A stretch of DNA of 64,000 nucleotides from contig JAQGDQ010000774.1 in assembly GCA_030141605.1 (NCBI GenBank), forward strand, positions 33,952-97,951, in the 5' to 3' direction. This document shows positions 41,591 through 59,313 of this stretch, piece after piece. The notes beneath the pieces were generated by a model. That model was not told where the DNA came from. It was given only the letters and a program-made list of their open reading frames with translations, and made no database searches. Each line of letters begins with the position of its first letter. Within the stretch, counting starts at the first letter, position 1. This stretch comes from Tubiluchus corallicola. Taxonomy: Eukaryota; Animalia; Priapulida. The position numbers and the translations under genes are program-made.

Positions 41591-43521
41591 AAACATGAGT
41601 GAATTTGTAGCAGAAAATAAGAAGCGAAAAACAAACATTGATAATGGTTTTCAAGCTGCAATCTTCCTAGTAAGTATTTGGCAAAGCGTGACTTAAAAGC
41701 AATGACGTCACTTCTAGTGGTAATGGCGCGTTGAAACGACAACATTAATTTACTCTTAAATAGAGGTACTAGATTTTTTATCATCAGAGGAAACAAAGCA
41801 TCAATGGCAGATGTGACTGTGACCACAGAGGAGAACAAACCTGCTGAACATTTGATATTTTGTTGTGGATTGAGAAACGAAGTAAACGGTGTGTCAACCG
41901 AATTTCATGTTTGAACTTGAGAGAGATAATAAGTGAAAGGAACATTTTCATGAATGTAACATTTTCATAAATAATGTAAAAATTATTAAGTAATGAAAAT
42001 AATCGTGAAAAATGCTGATAAATTATATTGCAAATGTAAGACTTCATTTTTCAGTAAAACATTATTGTAAGGTATAATTTTAAGACTGGTAAAATTAAAA
42101 CGAAAATTGGGCGAATTTTCGTACATTGTCTTTAATAACCTTAGGCCTTCATCCATTTAAGAATTTAGCGAAATAACAATGTTATAGCGTTTTTCTTAAA
42201 ACTTTCCCTACAAATAGACGGACTGTAAATAACGTTTTTCGAATAAAGATTTTTTTATTATTATAAAGAGCTCCACAGTTACGCTTCAAAAAAGCAGCCG
42301 AAACTCGACTTTCTAGTCCCCTCCTGATGACTCCAAAAACCTGTAATTGTATTTGTCGTTTTGTATTCCTTACTCCTTTGATAACATATTCCTTGAAAAA
42401 TATTATAACTATACGTATACAAAATTTCTCTCCATTAATACAAACTATTTTATAATTATTAATTATAATCCTGCAAAAATAAAACATAATTACCTCTCAA
42501 AACACTAAAACTATAATATGTAAACCCTACTCCCATGACCATCTTTATCCAAACTATTTTTTAGCGCTATCCTTTTCTTACTGACCTACCTTACTTTTCC
42601 TTTTTTCACATTCATTACATAATTCTTTTATCTCTAGTACAAACTACATATACTAACAAATGCCAGGTGCCACTTGCTGGACGACCGCTGCTTTGCGATA
42701 TACTTCAATACAACCTAAAGACATGTGCTCGCATTCAGCATAACCTCTGTGGTTATCGCATTTCTAGGACCCATTTTATATTTGTTTTCATAAACAAACA
42801 AACAAACAAACAAACAAACAAACAAACAAACAAACAAACAAACAAACAAACAAACAAACAGACAAACTGCGTTTGTAAATTTTTAGTTTGGGTTTTAGCA
42901 GATAGAGTTTACGGATTCTCTAGCTCCACTGATCCGGGTCTACTGCGCATGTCTGAAACACATTCAAATGATTCTCTCAGATAATCGGGCGCGTGATTGT
43001 TCCATATTTTGTACATCATCAAGCCTTTGTGATATTTAAGCAAATCACGCGTGGGTGGCAGGCCTCATTTTTAAATCCTCTCACTAATGTTTGTTGGTCA
43101 CATTTACCCAGATATTGAAGCAATACTCGAGATGAGAAATTTTCATTCTTTTCGGACGACAAGTTGTTAGTCTTCGAAGAACTGCTGACCCTTATTTCTG
43201 AAGTGAATCACAGAACGAAAGGAAAATCTACAGCATTACAGAATCATTGTACATTGCCAGTACGTCAAGCATTAAGAATGACTAGTTGCGAGCGAAATTC
43301 GTTTCAGAAATACAGAACTTGTGGAAGTTGTAATTGTACATTTTTTGGTGCTGCCATCTATGAACTAATCCTTTTACATTTTACTAGCTAAGCTCAATAT
43401 TTTTGTTGCATATATAATTGTTGCATTCACTGGATCTCTCCCTATTTTACAGTAATGGTTTTTGTGAAGCCAAGTTTGCATAATCACCTATACCTATTAT
43501 ATTGACTGGATTTGCTTTCTA

Positions 43522-43679
43522 GTCACTCTCTAACTCTCAGTGTTCAGTGCAGGACACTCTTGTTCTCAGTGTTCAGTGTAGCAGTCATTCTACTCATGTT
43601 ACTCACTCTCTAACTCTCAGTGTTCAGTGCAGGACACTCTTGTTCTCAGTGTTCAGTGTAGCTGTCATTCTACTCATGT
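43522..43679. repeat. 81-bp tandem duplication
   Basis: tcactctctaactctcagtgttcagtgcaggacactcttgttctcagtgttcagtgtagc... occurs twice. Confidence 0.85.
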
Positions 43680-44343
43680 GTATGTAGTCTAATAAACACT
43701 TTCAGTTTTGTGCAAATATGGAGTATAGTTTTTTATTCTTGTTCTACAAAGTGAATGATCTACAATTTTACTTTCACAGAACTTAAGAAAAGAAAACTTA
43801 GAATATTCACAAATTGCCAACGCCTTTCTCTGTAGTTCAGAAACGTAAGCTTCCCTGCATAAAGCGTTGTCAATAGTTAAAGCAAAACCGGACCCAACCT
43901 TAACCTGTAAGTCAAAACAATCCACTCTTTAAAATATTGAAAGCAAACATTCTATTTCTTCAAAAATGACTTACGTGAAAGCATCATTACGACACAAACA
44001 CAATTTCACGTTCACGCCACTAGTTCTTCGCTGTTACATCTAATCTACTATTTAATTATCAGAAACGCTTATCCATTATTAATTACAGCAGTTTTTATCG
44101 GACTTGAAAATGGGGTTGTTTATGAAAAATCATCCTGTCCTCCTTTAAAGAACACCGAAGGTCCTTCCCTTAAGCTTCGTTCTTGCTCTCTGTTACTAAT
44201 CAGGTTCTCTTCGACCAAATAAATTGCAGTTTATTTTACTATTTTTATTTTATTTTAAATCAGTACACTTTAATGCTGCTATTTTACAGACATTTGCAAC
44301 GCACGTAAAAATATATGTACTAACTAAAACTATTAATAATAAA

Positions 44344-44732
<389 letters not shown>

Positions 44733-44869
44733 ATTTTATTGCTTAAAATCTATATAAAAATGCTCAATGATAAACAATCACACAAGAAATGTATGTGCCA
44801 TCTTTTAAAGAACACAGTTACGTAGGCGCTTAAAACACTAACTTTACTATGTTATACCGACGCAGATTA

Positions 44870-45230
44870 AAATAATAAAAAGTTAAAAAGCTTCAAAGAA
44901 TAAAAATGTTTTAGTTTGACGTTTAAAAACGGCAATTTTTGCGGAGTTTTTGATCTCATCTGAAAGCACATTCCATTAACGAGAGGGCAGCACCGGCAAA
45001 AGATCTATATTCAGCTGAAATAAGACTAGTTCTAGGTTATACTAAACCATTAGTATCAGATTATCTCACTCGCTGGGATAGTGTGTACATTTGTAAAAGC
45101 TCAGGCAAATAACTGGTAGTAAGTCCGTTCACGCGTTTGTAGGTAAGAACAAATATTTGAAATTTCATTCTTTGACAGAGTGGAAGGCAATGTAGTTACA
45201 TGAGAGTGGGTGTTGTATGACAGAATTTCT
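44870..45230 (-). mobile_element. Decayed L2/CR1-type LINE 3' fragment
   Basis: Broken reading TPTLM*LHCLPLCQRMKF-KIFVLTYKRVNGLTTSYL...WNVLSDEIK resembles the canonical TPVL..LHWLP...RI.FKIL.L.YK..NG..P.YL. Confidence 0.65.
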
Positions 45231-45328
45231 TGCTGTGGGTGAGTACCTCACGTATTTCATAATTATGTTATATTTTATGTTATTACTAATATGCAATGTC
45301 AGTAAATTGTCTCTGTGGTACGAGAGAG

Positions 45329-45414
<86 letters not shown>

Positions 45415-45452
45415 GAGAGAGAGAGAGAGAGAGAGAGAAGAGAGAAGAGAGA

Positions 45453-45496
<44 letters not shown>

Positions 45497-45749
45497 AGAA
45501 GAGTGAGAGAGGAGAGTGAGAGAGAGAGAGAGAGAGGCGAGAGGGAGGCAGTGAACCTCTATTTGCAGGGTATGGTTAAAAAAAACTTTGTAAATAAAAT
45601 AGCTGTTATATTCGTAAGACTTCGTAAATACCAATAAATCACGGATTTCGTATCTCAAAATAATATAAAAGAACAACTAAAATCAAATAGCACCAGTTTA
45701 CATAAAACGATCTGTATAATATAAAAGTGACAGATATAATATAAAAGTT

Positions 45750-46860
45750 CAATATTTTATACTAAAATTTGTAAAAACGAATCACAAACTAACTCAGAGA
45801 AGGCAGCTAGCAGGTTTTTGTCTAGAGAGGTATAAATTTTACTAATGTTTTGAAATTGTAGGATATTTGCGAGCGCTAATCTTTTATTTTCGTCTGCCAA
45901 AGTACAATTAAAAAGCAAATGTTCAACTGTTTGTGCTTCCTCTGAGCATATACAGGCATTTTCGTGTATGTATCCAATTTTAAAAAGAAAATCTTTAAAG
46001 TTACCTTGTCTGATAAAATACTACAAGATAGTTTTTCTAGCATTCTGCTGCCTGTATGAAAAGGAAGGTCTAGTGGAGTTAAAAATACATTTTCAGGAAG
46101 AATAGATAACTCCTGGCATTGGTAGCGAGTACGGCATCTATTTTTTCATAGGTGTGTTATAAAATGCTCAATATCCTGTTTTTTGTACTCAAGGATATTC
46201 AGTGGTATACTACCGTAATCAATTGTACGTGAATTATAATTTTTACATAATTTTAAATATTGACCACTAGAAGCCAGTAATTCTCGAATGAAATGTCTAT
46301 GACCGATTGTGGGATCACGACTAATCTCTATTATATGAGTTTTGACTAAATCTGAATCCGACATTGCTAGAGATTTTAGCATAAATTTTACTGTGATTCC
46401 CTTAAACATAATATCAAGTGGGGGTAGCCCACAAATTAACTCTAGTTTGTCTTTTGAGGGGTGAAAGTGACAACCAGTAGCAGTTTTCATAACGTCATAC
46501 AACAGATCGTCAAACAATGAGTGCTTTCTTACCATCCAGGCTGGAGCAGCATACATTATAATTGGTAAAACTAAAGTCTTAAATAGAGCAATGATAACAT
46601 TGAGACTGAAACCTTTATACAGCATGCTCTTACGCTTAATTGACATCCACCTATTCCAAGCTTGTCTTCTAACCTTACTTACGTGATTTTCAAATGACAA
46701 ATTACTGTCGATTGTAACTCCTAAAACTTTACTACTTTGCACGTAACTAACATCATTGGTTCCAAATTTTAAGCAGTCGTTTAAATCATGAAGGCCAAAT
46801 GGAATTACTTCAGTTTTTCCTTGCGAGCAATTTAGTATCTGCCGCCATTTAAAACACCAA
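45750..46860 (-). mobile_element. Degenerate 3' part of a different LINE (RT C-terminus + CCHC knuckle; I/Nimb-like)
   Basis: GKTEVIPF...KVLGVTIDSNLSFENHV...LVLPIIMYAAPAW; downstream CICSEEAQTVEHLLFNC zinc knuckle; frameshifted. Confidence 0.75.
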
Positions 46861-46944
46861 TTATAGAGTTAAACGCTGACTAGTTCTAGTTCTTAGAGAG
46901 GAGGGAGGGGGATAGGTACGGAGGAAGGGAATGAGAGAGGAAAC

Positions 46945-49355
<2,411 letters not shown>

Positions 49356-50424
49356 GCGTTCATGAAGACATAAAGAAATCTTACATGTTAACTTGAAAGA
49401 GAGGAAATTTCCTGCATCAAAATTTAATTATTTGCGGGTTTGTAACACCAGTCCATTGATATGTCTGATGCAAAAACTACCGGGGATCGAATCTGTCAAA
49501 CTGCAATGCTGTACAGTGCTGACCAACCTGCTAGTCAGAAATATGAGCGTCTCACATCTCGTGAGGAAACCCTTTATTGTTAATAGTAGAAGTTTAATGT
49601 GATTCACATGCTCTTCCAACTGCATTTCACATGTGACTGCAGGGTTTCTTATCAGACCTCAAATTTCCAGCTTTTTAGCCCTGTTGTTAGTGCCTGAGAC
49701 ATGGTCATGGTAATTTAATAAGCCCTTTCACAGTTCCTGCGATTGATGATGATCGTGAAAAGGTCAAAGGTCAAGTGTGCCAGACAATGCACTTGTGTAC
49801 ACTTGACAACACTTTGCAGCCTAAGCAAAAAATGTATTTTAATCCTATTGACAGGATATAGTAGTTATAAATTTTTCTTAGTTTGTGACGCATGTGCTAC
49901 GAGAGTTCTGATTATTTTTCAAACTTAATGCAGTGTTACCTAAACTTGTTTCAAATGACTTATCGTCAAAATGGCTGCGCCTAATGGTCATCGTAGGAGT
50001 TTATATTTACATGTTTTACACAGCGTTACTATCGACACAAGTCCTGCTAGCAAAAAGGCAGTACGTAAGTGGTATGAAATTTGAAGACGAATTTTTAAGC
50101 TTTATGTAAGTGGGCAGTTTTCTTGTGCTTTCAAATGGTAAGCCCACGCAGCTTTCATTGTCACTTCGTCTATTTAGATTTAGCAGAATTTTTGTAAGTA
50201 AACATGTGAAAATTGCGAATTCAAGAATCTGTGTGTCTCTCTGTCCATTAAAACATGTTTATTTATGCAAAATGTTAACATATCCATGTTTGATTACAAA
50301 TAATTCATTTCGTGTAAATTCTCATAGCACTTGCTACAGCAAGGTTGCTGTGGATGAATCTTTACTATATGTCATTAATACATTTCATGTAGACAATCAT
50401 AGTGGTTATCTACTGCATTAATAT

Positions 50425-50878
<454 letters not shown>

Positions 50879-51149
50879 TTTTTGGAGCTAAAATACCAAA
50901 GTGTTCAAAACTGATTTTGACAAAGTGTACACTGACTTTCGAGACAATCGGTATATCACGTAAGCAATGACAGAGATGAATACGATACCATAAATACCAT
51001 AATGTAGATCCTACATACCTATTAATACATCACATACTTGAGTAAGTGCGATTTTGTCTAAACATTATAGTAAACTATAAACGTTTATAATGAATGACAA
51101 AAAATAAAAAATAAAAACAATATCCATGACAAAGCATTCGTTTACTTAC

Positions 51150-51846
51150 CTCTAGAGAAGCGAGAGACTTTTTGTAACAAAACTTCTCTGCTCCGTTTAG
51201 TTAGGAATTCATTTCTTCCGTAGAAAGGTAAAAGATTAACCTGAAATCTCTCAGAGTCAGAGGTCTGAAGGGTTTCAGTGACAATTTTGTGAAACGAAAG
51301 AGACAAATCGGACATGACAGCAATTCTATGCCAATCGAAATAATGGCACACTTTCAGAAAGAACACTAGAAATGTATTCATATTGTAAGATAGGCGAGTG
51401 AGTAAGGGATAAGACGCCTTGTTGCCTAAGTTCGTGCTGGTACCTACAGGAGTTATGACGGGAATGTTCCAGTCGGAAACCATGAATGCTAACTGTTCTA
51501 ACATGTAGCTACAACCTGGTCCTAAGAACACCGTTACGTTCCCAGCATAAAACACTTCAGCAGTGACTGCACCAATGTGATTTCCTATGCAAAGATGTCC
51601 CGTCTTGCCGTCAATAAATCGATGTTCGATAGTCGCGATGTTTCCAATGTGCGTTCTCAGTTTTTCCATGCCAATGTCAATGCCAGGAGCTGAACGTCTC
51701 AGTTCGTATGGCAGGAAACCGCCTTTCAATAAAATCGTAACGATAAACACTTGTGATGTAGGCGAACTTTGAACGCTAAAAGCCCGTGAAGAACTTAGCA
51801 GTGTTATCAGAATTAAACATGGATTCGTACACTTTACGATTTCCAT
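51150..51846 (-). CDS. NPR1-like: NPR-like receptor, variable first coding exon V2
   Basis: ATG at 51846; hydrophobic leader (CLILITLLSSSRA); motifs PYELRRSAPGIDIGMEK, FLGPGCS, SDWNIPVITP, YPLLTRL. Ends TCT AGA G|GTAAGT (consensus donor). 697 nt = 232 codons + 1. Confidence 0.9.
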
Positions 51847-52034
51847 CTAGAAGCAGCACTTACAGTGATGAAAGTAAGATCATACAGTGATAAAACGCCT
51901 AATGTTTATCGACACTATAGCCTTATCAAATGCTCGTTATGCAGGCGCTAAGATAGACTAAACAAATTATTCTCTGGTTGCTTTTGAAACAGCTAATCAA
52001 TTGTGACAAGCGACTGCTTCTGCACATGTGCTAG

Positions 52035-52325
52035 AATACGAAGTTCTCCTTGTTAGAAATTGATAAAAGAGTATGAATGTCAGCGCAATGTACCTTATCA
52101 CTAATGCCTGCAAGACATCAATAAACAACAACAAAGAAGGCGGCACATAATGAACCCAATTACTGAGGAGGTAACAATACGAAGTTCCCTTTGTTAGAAA
52201 TTGATAAGAGAATATGAACATCAGCGCAATGTACTTTATCACTAAAGCCTGCAAGACATCAATAAACAACAACAAAGAAAGTGGCACATAATGAATCCCA
52301 TTACTGAGGAGGTAACAATACGAAG
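52035..52325. repeat. Two-copy tandem duplication (about 140-bp unit)
   Basis: aatacgaagtt...tcagcgcaatgtac...gcctgcaagacatcaataaacaacaacaaagaa...ttactgaggaggtaac occurs twice. Confidence 0.85.
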
Positions 52326-52450
52326 AGATTAAAGACTTGCGACTTCTTTTGTACGTAATAAGATCATTTTGTTACATTGAACAACAACATAATTTTGATG
52401 AAACGCAGGAACAAACGGTTTTGTTCAGTTTATATTTCACGGAAGGAGAA

Positions 52451-54790
52451 AAGAGAAAGGCGGCCATTTGAAGTGTCACAAGCCAGATGATTCTTTCTAC
52501 AGATGAATTAGTTATGTACTGATGTAGCAGCAACACTTGTATGTGTGTCTGTGTGTAAGCGAAAGGTGGCCATTTGAAGGGTCACCCAGTCAGATGATTC
52601 TTTCTACAGATGAATTAGTTATCTAGTGAAGTAGCAGCAACACTTGTATGTGTGTCTGTGTCTAAGAGAAAGGTGGCCATTTGAAGTGTCACAAGCCAGA
52701 TGATTCTTTCTACAGACGAATTAGTTATCTAGTGAAGTAGCAGCAACACTTGTATGTGTGTCTGTGTGTAAGAGAAAGGTGGCCATTTGAAGTGTCACAA
52801 GCCAGATGATTCTTTCTACAGATGAATTAGTTATGTACTGATGTAGCAGCAACACTTGTATGTGTGTCTGTGTGTAAGCGAAAGGTGGCCATTTGAAGTG
52901 TCACAAGCCAGATGATTCTTTCTACAGATGAATTAGTTATCTAGTGAAGTAACAGCAACACTTGTATGTGTGTCTGTGTGTAAGAGAAAGGTGGCCATTT
53001 GAAGTGTCACAAGCCAGATGATTCTTTCTACAGACGAATTAGTTATCTAGTGAAGTAGCAGCAACACTTGTATGTGTGTCTGTGTATAAGAGAAAGGTGG
53101 CCATTTGAAGTGTCACAAGCCAGATGATTCTTTCTACAGACGAATTAGTTATCTAGTGAAGTAGCAGCAACACTTGTATGTGTGTCTGTGTGTAAGCGAA
53201 AGGTGGCCATTTGAAGTGTCACAAGCCAGATGATTCTTTCTACAGATGAATTAGTTATCTAGTGAAGTAACAGCAACACTTGTATGTGTGTCTGTGTGTA
53301 AGAGAAAGGTGGCCATTTGAAGTGTCACAAGCCAGATGATTCTTTCTACAGATGAATTAGTTATGTACTGATGTAGCAGCAACACTTGTATGTGTGTCTG
53401 TGTGTAAGAGAAAGGCGGCCATTTGAAGTGTCACAAGCCAGATGATTCTTTCTACAGATGAATTAGTTATGTACTGAAGTAGCAGCAACACTTGTATGTG
53501 TGTCTGTGTGTAAGAGAAAGGTGGCCATTTGAAGTGTCAGCAAGTCAAATGATTCTTTCTATAGATGAATTAGTTATCTAGTGAAGTAGCAGCAACACTT
53601 GTATGTGTGTCTGTGTGTAAGAGAAAGGTGGCCATTTGAAGTGTCACAAGCCAGATGATTCTTTCTACAGACGAATTAGTTATCTAGTGAAGTAACAGCA
53701 ACACTTGTATGTGTGTCTGTGTGTAAGAGAAAGGCGGCCATTTGAAGTGTCACAAGCCAGATGATTCTTTCTACAGATGAATTAGTTATCTAGTGAAGTA
53801 ACAGCAACACTTGTATGTGTGTCTGTGTGTAAGAGAAAGGTGGCCACTTGAAGTGTCACAAGCCAGATGATTCTTTCTACAGATGAATTAGTTATCTAGT
53901 GAAGTAACAGCAACACATGTATGTGTGTCTGTGTTTAAGAGAAAGGTGGCCATTTGAAGTGTTACAAGCCAGATGATTCTTTCTACAGATGAATTAGTTA
54001 TGTACTGATGTAGCAGCAACACTTGTATGTGTGTCTGTGTGTAAGAGAAAGGCGGCCATTTGAAGTGTCACAAGCCAGATGATTCTTTCTATAGATGAAT
54101 TAGTTATCTAGTGAAGTAACAGCAACACTTGTATGTGTGTCTGTGTGTAAGAGAAAGGTGGCCACTTGAAGTGTCACAAGCCAGATGATTCTTTCTACAG
54201 ACGAATTAGTTATCTAGTGAAGTAGCAGCAACGCTTGTATGTGTGTCTGTGTGTAATAGAAAGGTGGCCATTTGAAGTGTCACAAGCCAGATGATTCTTT
54301 CTACAGATGAATTAGTTATGTACTGAAGTAGCAGCAACACTTGTATGTGTGTCTGTGTGTAAGAGAAAGGTGGCCATTTGAAGTGTCACAAGCCAGATGA
54401 TTCTTTCTACAGATGAATTAGTTATGTACTGAAGTAGCAGCAACACTTGTATGTGTGTCTGTGTGTAAGAGAAAGGTGGCCATTTGAAGTGTCACAAGCC
54501 AGATGATTCTTTCTACAGACGAATTAGTTATCTAGTGAAGTAACAGCAACACTTGTATGTGTGTCTGTGTGTAAGAGAAAGGTGGCCACTTGAAGTGTCA
54601 CAAGCCAGATGATTCTTTCTACAGATGAATTAGTTATGTACTGAAGTAGCAGCAACACTTGTATGTGTGTCTGTGTGTAAGAGAAAGGTGGCCATTTGAA
54701 GTGTCACAAGCCAGATGATTCTTTCTACAGATGAATTAGTTATCTTGTGAAGTAGCAGCAACAGTTGTATGTGTGTCTTTGTATAAGACT
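52451..54790. repeat. 106-bp satellite, about 22 copies, upstream of exon V2
   Basis: aagagaaaggtggccatttgaagtgtcacaagccagatgattctttctacagatgaattagttat... at a period of about 106 bp. Confidence 0.95.
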
Positions 54791-55449
54791 ATTTGTACCT
54801 AATGGACATTGTTGATATAATTGTAACAATCTGCTTTCAAAGTTCACGCTACTCAATGTTATACAAAGGGCAATCGAGCATGTAATGCTTTTTGATATTT
54901 TTATGTATGAGATTTTTACGAAATCTCAATGACAACCACGTGCACAACGTGAGTCAGCAATGCTGCCTGTATTTATTTACACTATCTTTCACATAAAAGA
55001 CATAAATATTATTTCAAAATATTTTTATTGCTCAAGTGGTAGGCGATTTTTTGTTTTTAAAAACAAAATGGTTTTGCATAACTTGGCAAAAAATAATAAT
55101 CAGAAATAGAATAATATAGTTTGGCTTTGAATTAACAAATAGCAAAGCAAGACAAAAAAAGAAAATGGCGTAGCACTATAGGAAACGACGAAAATTATAG
55201 CAAGGTAGAAAATGAATATTTTAGCACTAAATAATTTTAGCTTACATGCATTTAACTTAACGTTTTACTTTACCTAATTTGATATATTCACTAGCCACAC
55301 TTTTTCTGCCTGTTTGCTTGTATGCCTTAGTAACAACAAGGTGAAAATGTAACAGCAAAAATGTGAATTAATTCAATGTTTGATTATTTATTTTTTCTTT
55401 ATTCACTCATTCACTCCTCATTCACGAGAAGTCCTTAGTGCATATTGAC

Positions 55450-56250
55450 TCGCACTCATCCATCACTCACTACTCACTCACTCTGTTCATTACTCACTGT
55501 TCACTCACTCTGTTCATCACTCACTGCTCATTCACCATGTTCATCACTCACTGCTCACTCACCGTGTTCATCACTCACTGTTCACTCACTGTGTTCATCA
55601 TTCAATGCTCACTCACTGTGTTTATCACTCACTGCTCACTCACCGTGTTCATCACTCACTAACACAGTCTTCATCACTCACTACTCAGTCACTGTGTTCA
55701 TCACTCACTGCTCACTCGCGCTATTCATAACTCACTTTTCACTCACTGTGTTTATCTCTCACTGTGTTCATCACTCACTTTTCACTCACTCTGTTCATCA
55801 CTCGCAACTCACTCACTGTGTTCATCACTCACTGCTCACTCACACGCAGTCTGCTCATTCGCTGCTCACCTTTTCACTCTGTTCATGACTCACTGCTCAC
55901 GTATTGTGCTCATTCGCTGCTCACCTTTTCACTCTGTTCATGACTCACTGTTCACGTATTCTGCTCATTCGCTGCTCATTTTTCACTCTGTTCATGACTC
56001 ACTGCTCACGTATTCTGCTTATTCACTGCTCACTCTTTCACTCTGTTCATGACTCACTGCTCACGTATTCTGCTTATTCACTGCTCACTCTTTCACTCTG
56101 TTCATGACTCACTGCTCACGTATTGTGCTCATTCGCTGCTCACTTTTTCACTCTGTACATGACTCACTGCTCACGTATTCTGCTCATTCGCTGCTCACTT
56201 TTTCACTCTGTTCATGACTCACTGCTCACTCAGTCACCCTATTCACTCAC
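55450..56250. repeat. TCAC-rich minisatellite (about 27-bp then about 54-bp units)
   Basis: tcactcactgctcactcaccgtgttca units grading into tcactctgttcatgactcactgctcacgtattctgctcattcgctgctcacttt units. Confidence 0.85.
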
Positions 56251-56654
56251 GCATTCAGTTCACCAAAGGGTTTTGTTTGCTCAATTTGCGCTATAAATTT
56301 TGCCTCACAAACGTATTATTTGTCCTTTATTCTGAAAATGTAATCAATCTGCCAGAAATTATGTTGTGCGATGTTAGAATTATTGATTTTTCAATCCTCA
56401 CGAATGTCATCTTTATTGAAGTCGACTTTTAAAGCAGATTTCTATTCATTGTAAAATACGTGACTTTTCCTAGCATAGCTGTTAACAAGATCACTAACTA
56501 GCTTCTTATTTCCTTTCGCATGCAAAGAGGCTCGCGAAGTTTGCAAATGTGCAAATAGCGCAACGCAGAGCAGTTTTCAATGTTTGAAAACCAAGAAAAT
56601 CGTGAGAGTGAAACTGATTTGTATGGTGGGGGTATTGATGTCAATTACGCCAGC

Positions 56655-58099
56655 TGCCGGTATTTATCTACACTATCTTCCACAAAAATACATAAAAATC
56701 ATTTCAAAATATTACCCAAGCGTTAGGCGTTTTTTTAAATAAAGGGTTTGAATAACTTGGCAAAAAAATAATAATCTAAAACAGAATAATAAAGTTTGGC
56801 TTTAAATTAACAAATAGCAAATCAAGACAGAACAGTACATGAAACAATGAAAATTCTACTTTGTTAGAAAATTTACATTTTTGACACTAAATAATCTTAC
56901 CTTAGATGCATTGACTATTTGATATTTAGTCTAGAACGCTTTGTAGACTGTTTAAGGATAGCAATTCACAACGAGAAAGTATGTCAAATTTAATTTAGTC
57001 GTGCAAACTTTATAGAAGTTTGAGGAAGCCTCAAGTTTACAGAGACAAGTGGGACAGGACGGTGCTTTCACAACTATACGCGTGATTTCATAACTTCATC
57101 CATTGAGTTTTTCAAGTCAACAGGGTATTGTGATCCGTTCTCAGTACAATTAACACATTTCCACTTACAAGCATTGCAACTTTTTTCCTTCTAAAGTACA
57201 CGAGCAGGGGCGTATTAACCGATAGGCTAACTAGGCTATAACCTAGGACGCCAAAGTTTGAGGGGCGTCACATTTTAGAAATAATTCTTACTTTCCTTGG
57301 AAAATGTATATACTTTCATATTCATGTATAGGGCGGATTTTATAACACACCACAGACAGTTAGTAAACTCGGTTTTATATAAAAGCTACGTAACAAACAG
57401 GTATAACATATTACACAACAAGCAGTTTCGCAGTCTGCATAAATTTAATGGCTGTGCAAATACATGTAATTAGGTAAAATTACAAATACATGTAAACTAG
57501 GTTAATAGCGTTTCTAATACACCACAAGTAACTGCATCATTACATCATCAGCCTAGAGCGTCGTAAAGTCTTGATACGCCTCTGCATACGTGAGGCACTC
57601 ACAGTAGCGAAATCGTACTATACTCCTGGCCCATATGTTACTCAAGCGGCGTTCCGCCCCCGCCCCCTTACTCACGACCTGTCCCACTTGTCTCTGCAAA
57701 CTTGAGCCTTCCCTAAACTTGTGTAAAATTTGCACGACTAAATTAAATTTGGCACACATTCTCGTTGTGAATTGCTATCCCTAAACAGTCTACAAAGTAT
57801 TCTAGACTAAATATCAAATAGTCAATGCATCTAAGGTAAGATTATTTAGTGTCAAAAATGTAAATTTTCTAACAAACTAGAATTTTCATTGTTTCATGTA
57901 CTGTTGTGTCTTTTTTTCCGTCTTGATTTGCTATTTGTTAATTCAAAGCCAAACTATATTATTATATTTCTGATTATTATTTTTTGCCAAGTTATTCAAA
58001 ACCATTTTGTTTTTTTAAAAAAAAACGCCTAACGTTTCAGGAATATTTTGAAATGATTTTATGTATTTTTTTGGAAGATAGCGTAGATAAATACCGGCA
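56655..58099. mobile_element. Foldback/inverted-repeat element (arms about 56655-57058 and 57678-58099)
   Basis: About 400-bp arms are reverse complements (cttagatgcattgactatttgatatttagtctagaa / ttctagactaaatatcaaatagtcaatgcatctaag). A third, more diverged arm lies at about 54880-55370. Confidence 0.8.
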
Positions 58100-58789
58100 A
58101 CATTGTTGACACAAATTGTGCATGTTGCTATAATTGAAGTTCTGTAAAAATTTCATGCATAAAAATATCAAAAAAGCATTACATTTTTATTTTAGTCAAA
58201 CCCAATAGTAAAAAACAGTGTATAATAGAAAGGATATATATATATATATATAACACGTAGGTAGAAAACATACAAATACTAGCCCTGCTTTTTGATTGCC
58301 CGTAACACATTTACCTTCGTGTATAAGTGAACAGTGTTTGAGGCTTTTCCTGTGCAGTATTTCGTATTTGTATTCCGTTCATTGTAGGCCCTTTCACTAG
58401 ATATTGTACATGAAACTATTGTAAATGTGTAATGTGAAATAAATGACTTATGACTTTGTGACAAGTCGACTGAACTATTGCAACTCTCTTCTTCTTAGAT
58501 CATCAGATTGTCATTTACTGAAACTGCAATCGGTTTAAAATGCTGCTGCGCGGTTGATCTCTCAGACAAAAAAATCACAGACCACCACTTTTAGCTCAGA
58601 TACCCTGGTTGCTTATGTACTTTCGAATAGAATGTAAACTCTTATTGCTTGTATAGAAGTTCATTGAATGTGCCGAGGGTTGGTTGTGCCAGTTATGATG
58701 GTCGGTAATTTGATATTACAGCCATGCATCTTTGAAACCAGCTGCCCCTTTATGCCAAAACGTCTCCATCTCTTCCTTGTTTTAAATCT

Positions 58790-59183
58790 CAAATCTCTAT
58801 CACCAAACAAGGAGTTCAACTTTGGAATACCCTGCCATCAAATTTAAAACAAATCGAGTCTTTCGACGAATTCAAATCAAAATTAAAAATACGTCCATTA
58901 AATCGTTTTGAAAACCCAACATACGTAAACGATAAAATATATTCATCCACAAATTTTATTCACCCACGTGCATTTTAAATTATATGTATTTATTGTATAT
59001 AGTCTATTATAATTTCCGTGTAATATTATAATGTATATTTTGTTTTAAATTTTTGGCACAGTAGTTTTTAGTTTGCACTGGACGCATTTGCCTTTAACAG
59101 TTGTGTGAATTTTATTCTCGTGCTACGATGTTCTTTTATGCTTTTATAGCTATGAATATCGATTTTTTATAGCAAATAAAGAT

Positions 59184-59219
<36 letters not shown>

Positions 59220-59220
59220 A
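58790..59220 (+). mobile_element. 5'-truncated copy related to the 60763-64000 LINE
   Basis: Translates SITKQGVQLWNTLPSNLKQIESFDEFKSKLK...FIHPRAF, homologous to the ORF2 C-terminus; shares the TGCACTGGACGCATTTGCC motif, AATAAAGATTA and a (TA)n tail. Confidence 0.85.
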
Positions 59221-59313
59221 ACACTTTTTTCAATCCTGGTACAGATTATGCAAAACAAGGCATCATTGATAAATCTTTAGAGCTGATGTCAACATAGCGC
59301 AATCTATTATGTT

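Noticed and set aside
40717-41696. His/Thr-rich ORFs
   Set aside because: Translation of the 21-bp CA-rich minisatellite.
41587-41840. Possible extra exon-2-like cassette (cAG|G TTT GTT CTC CTC TGT GGT CAC)
   Set aside because: Wrong phase for the V donors, early stop in the similar-looking frame, and no further NPR motifs.
52451-54790. 106-bp array as CRISPR or tandem ncRNA (5S/tRNA) cluster
   Set aside because: The whole unit repeats with no unique spacers, and I see no recognisable 5S, tRNA or snRNA sequence.
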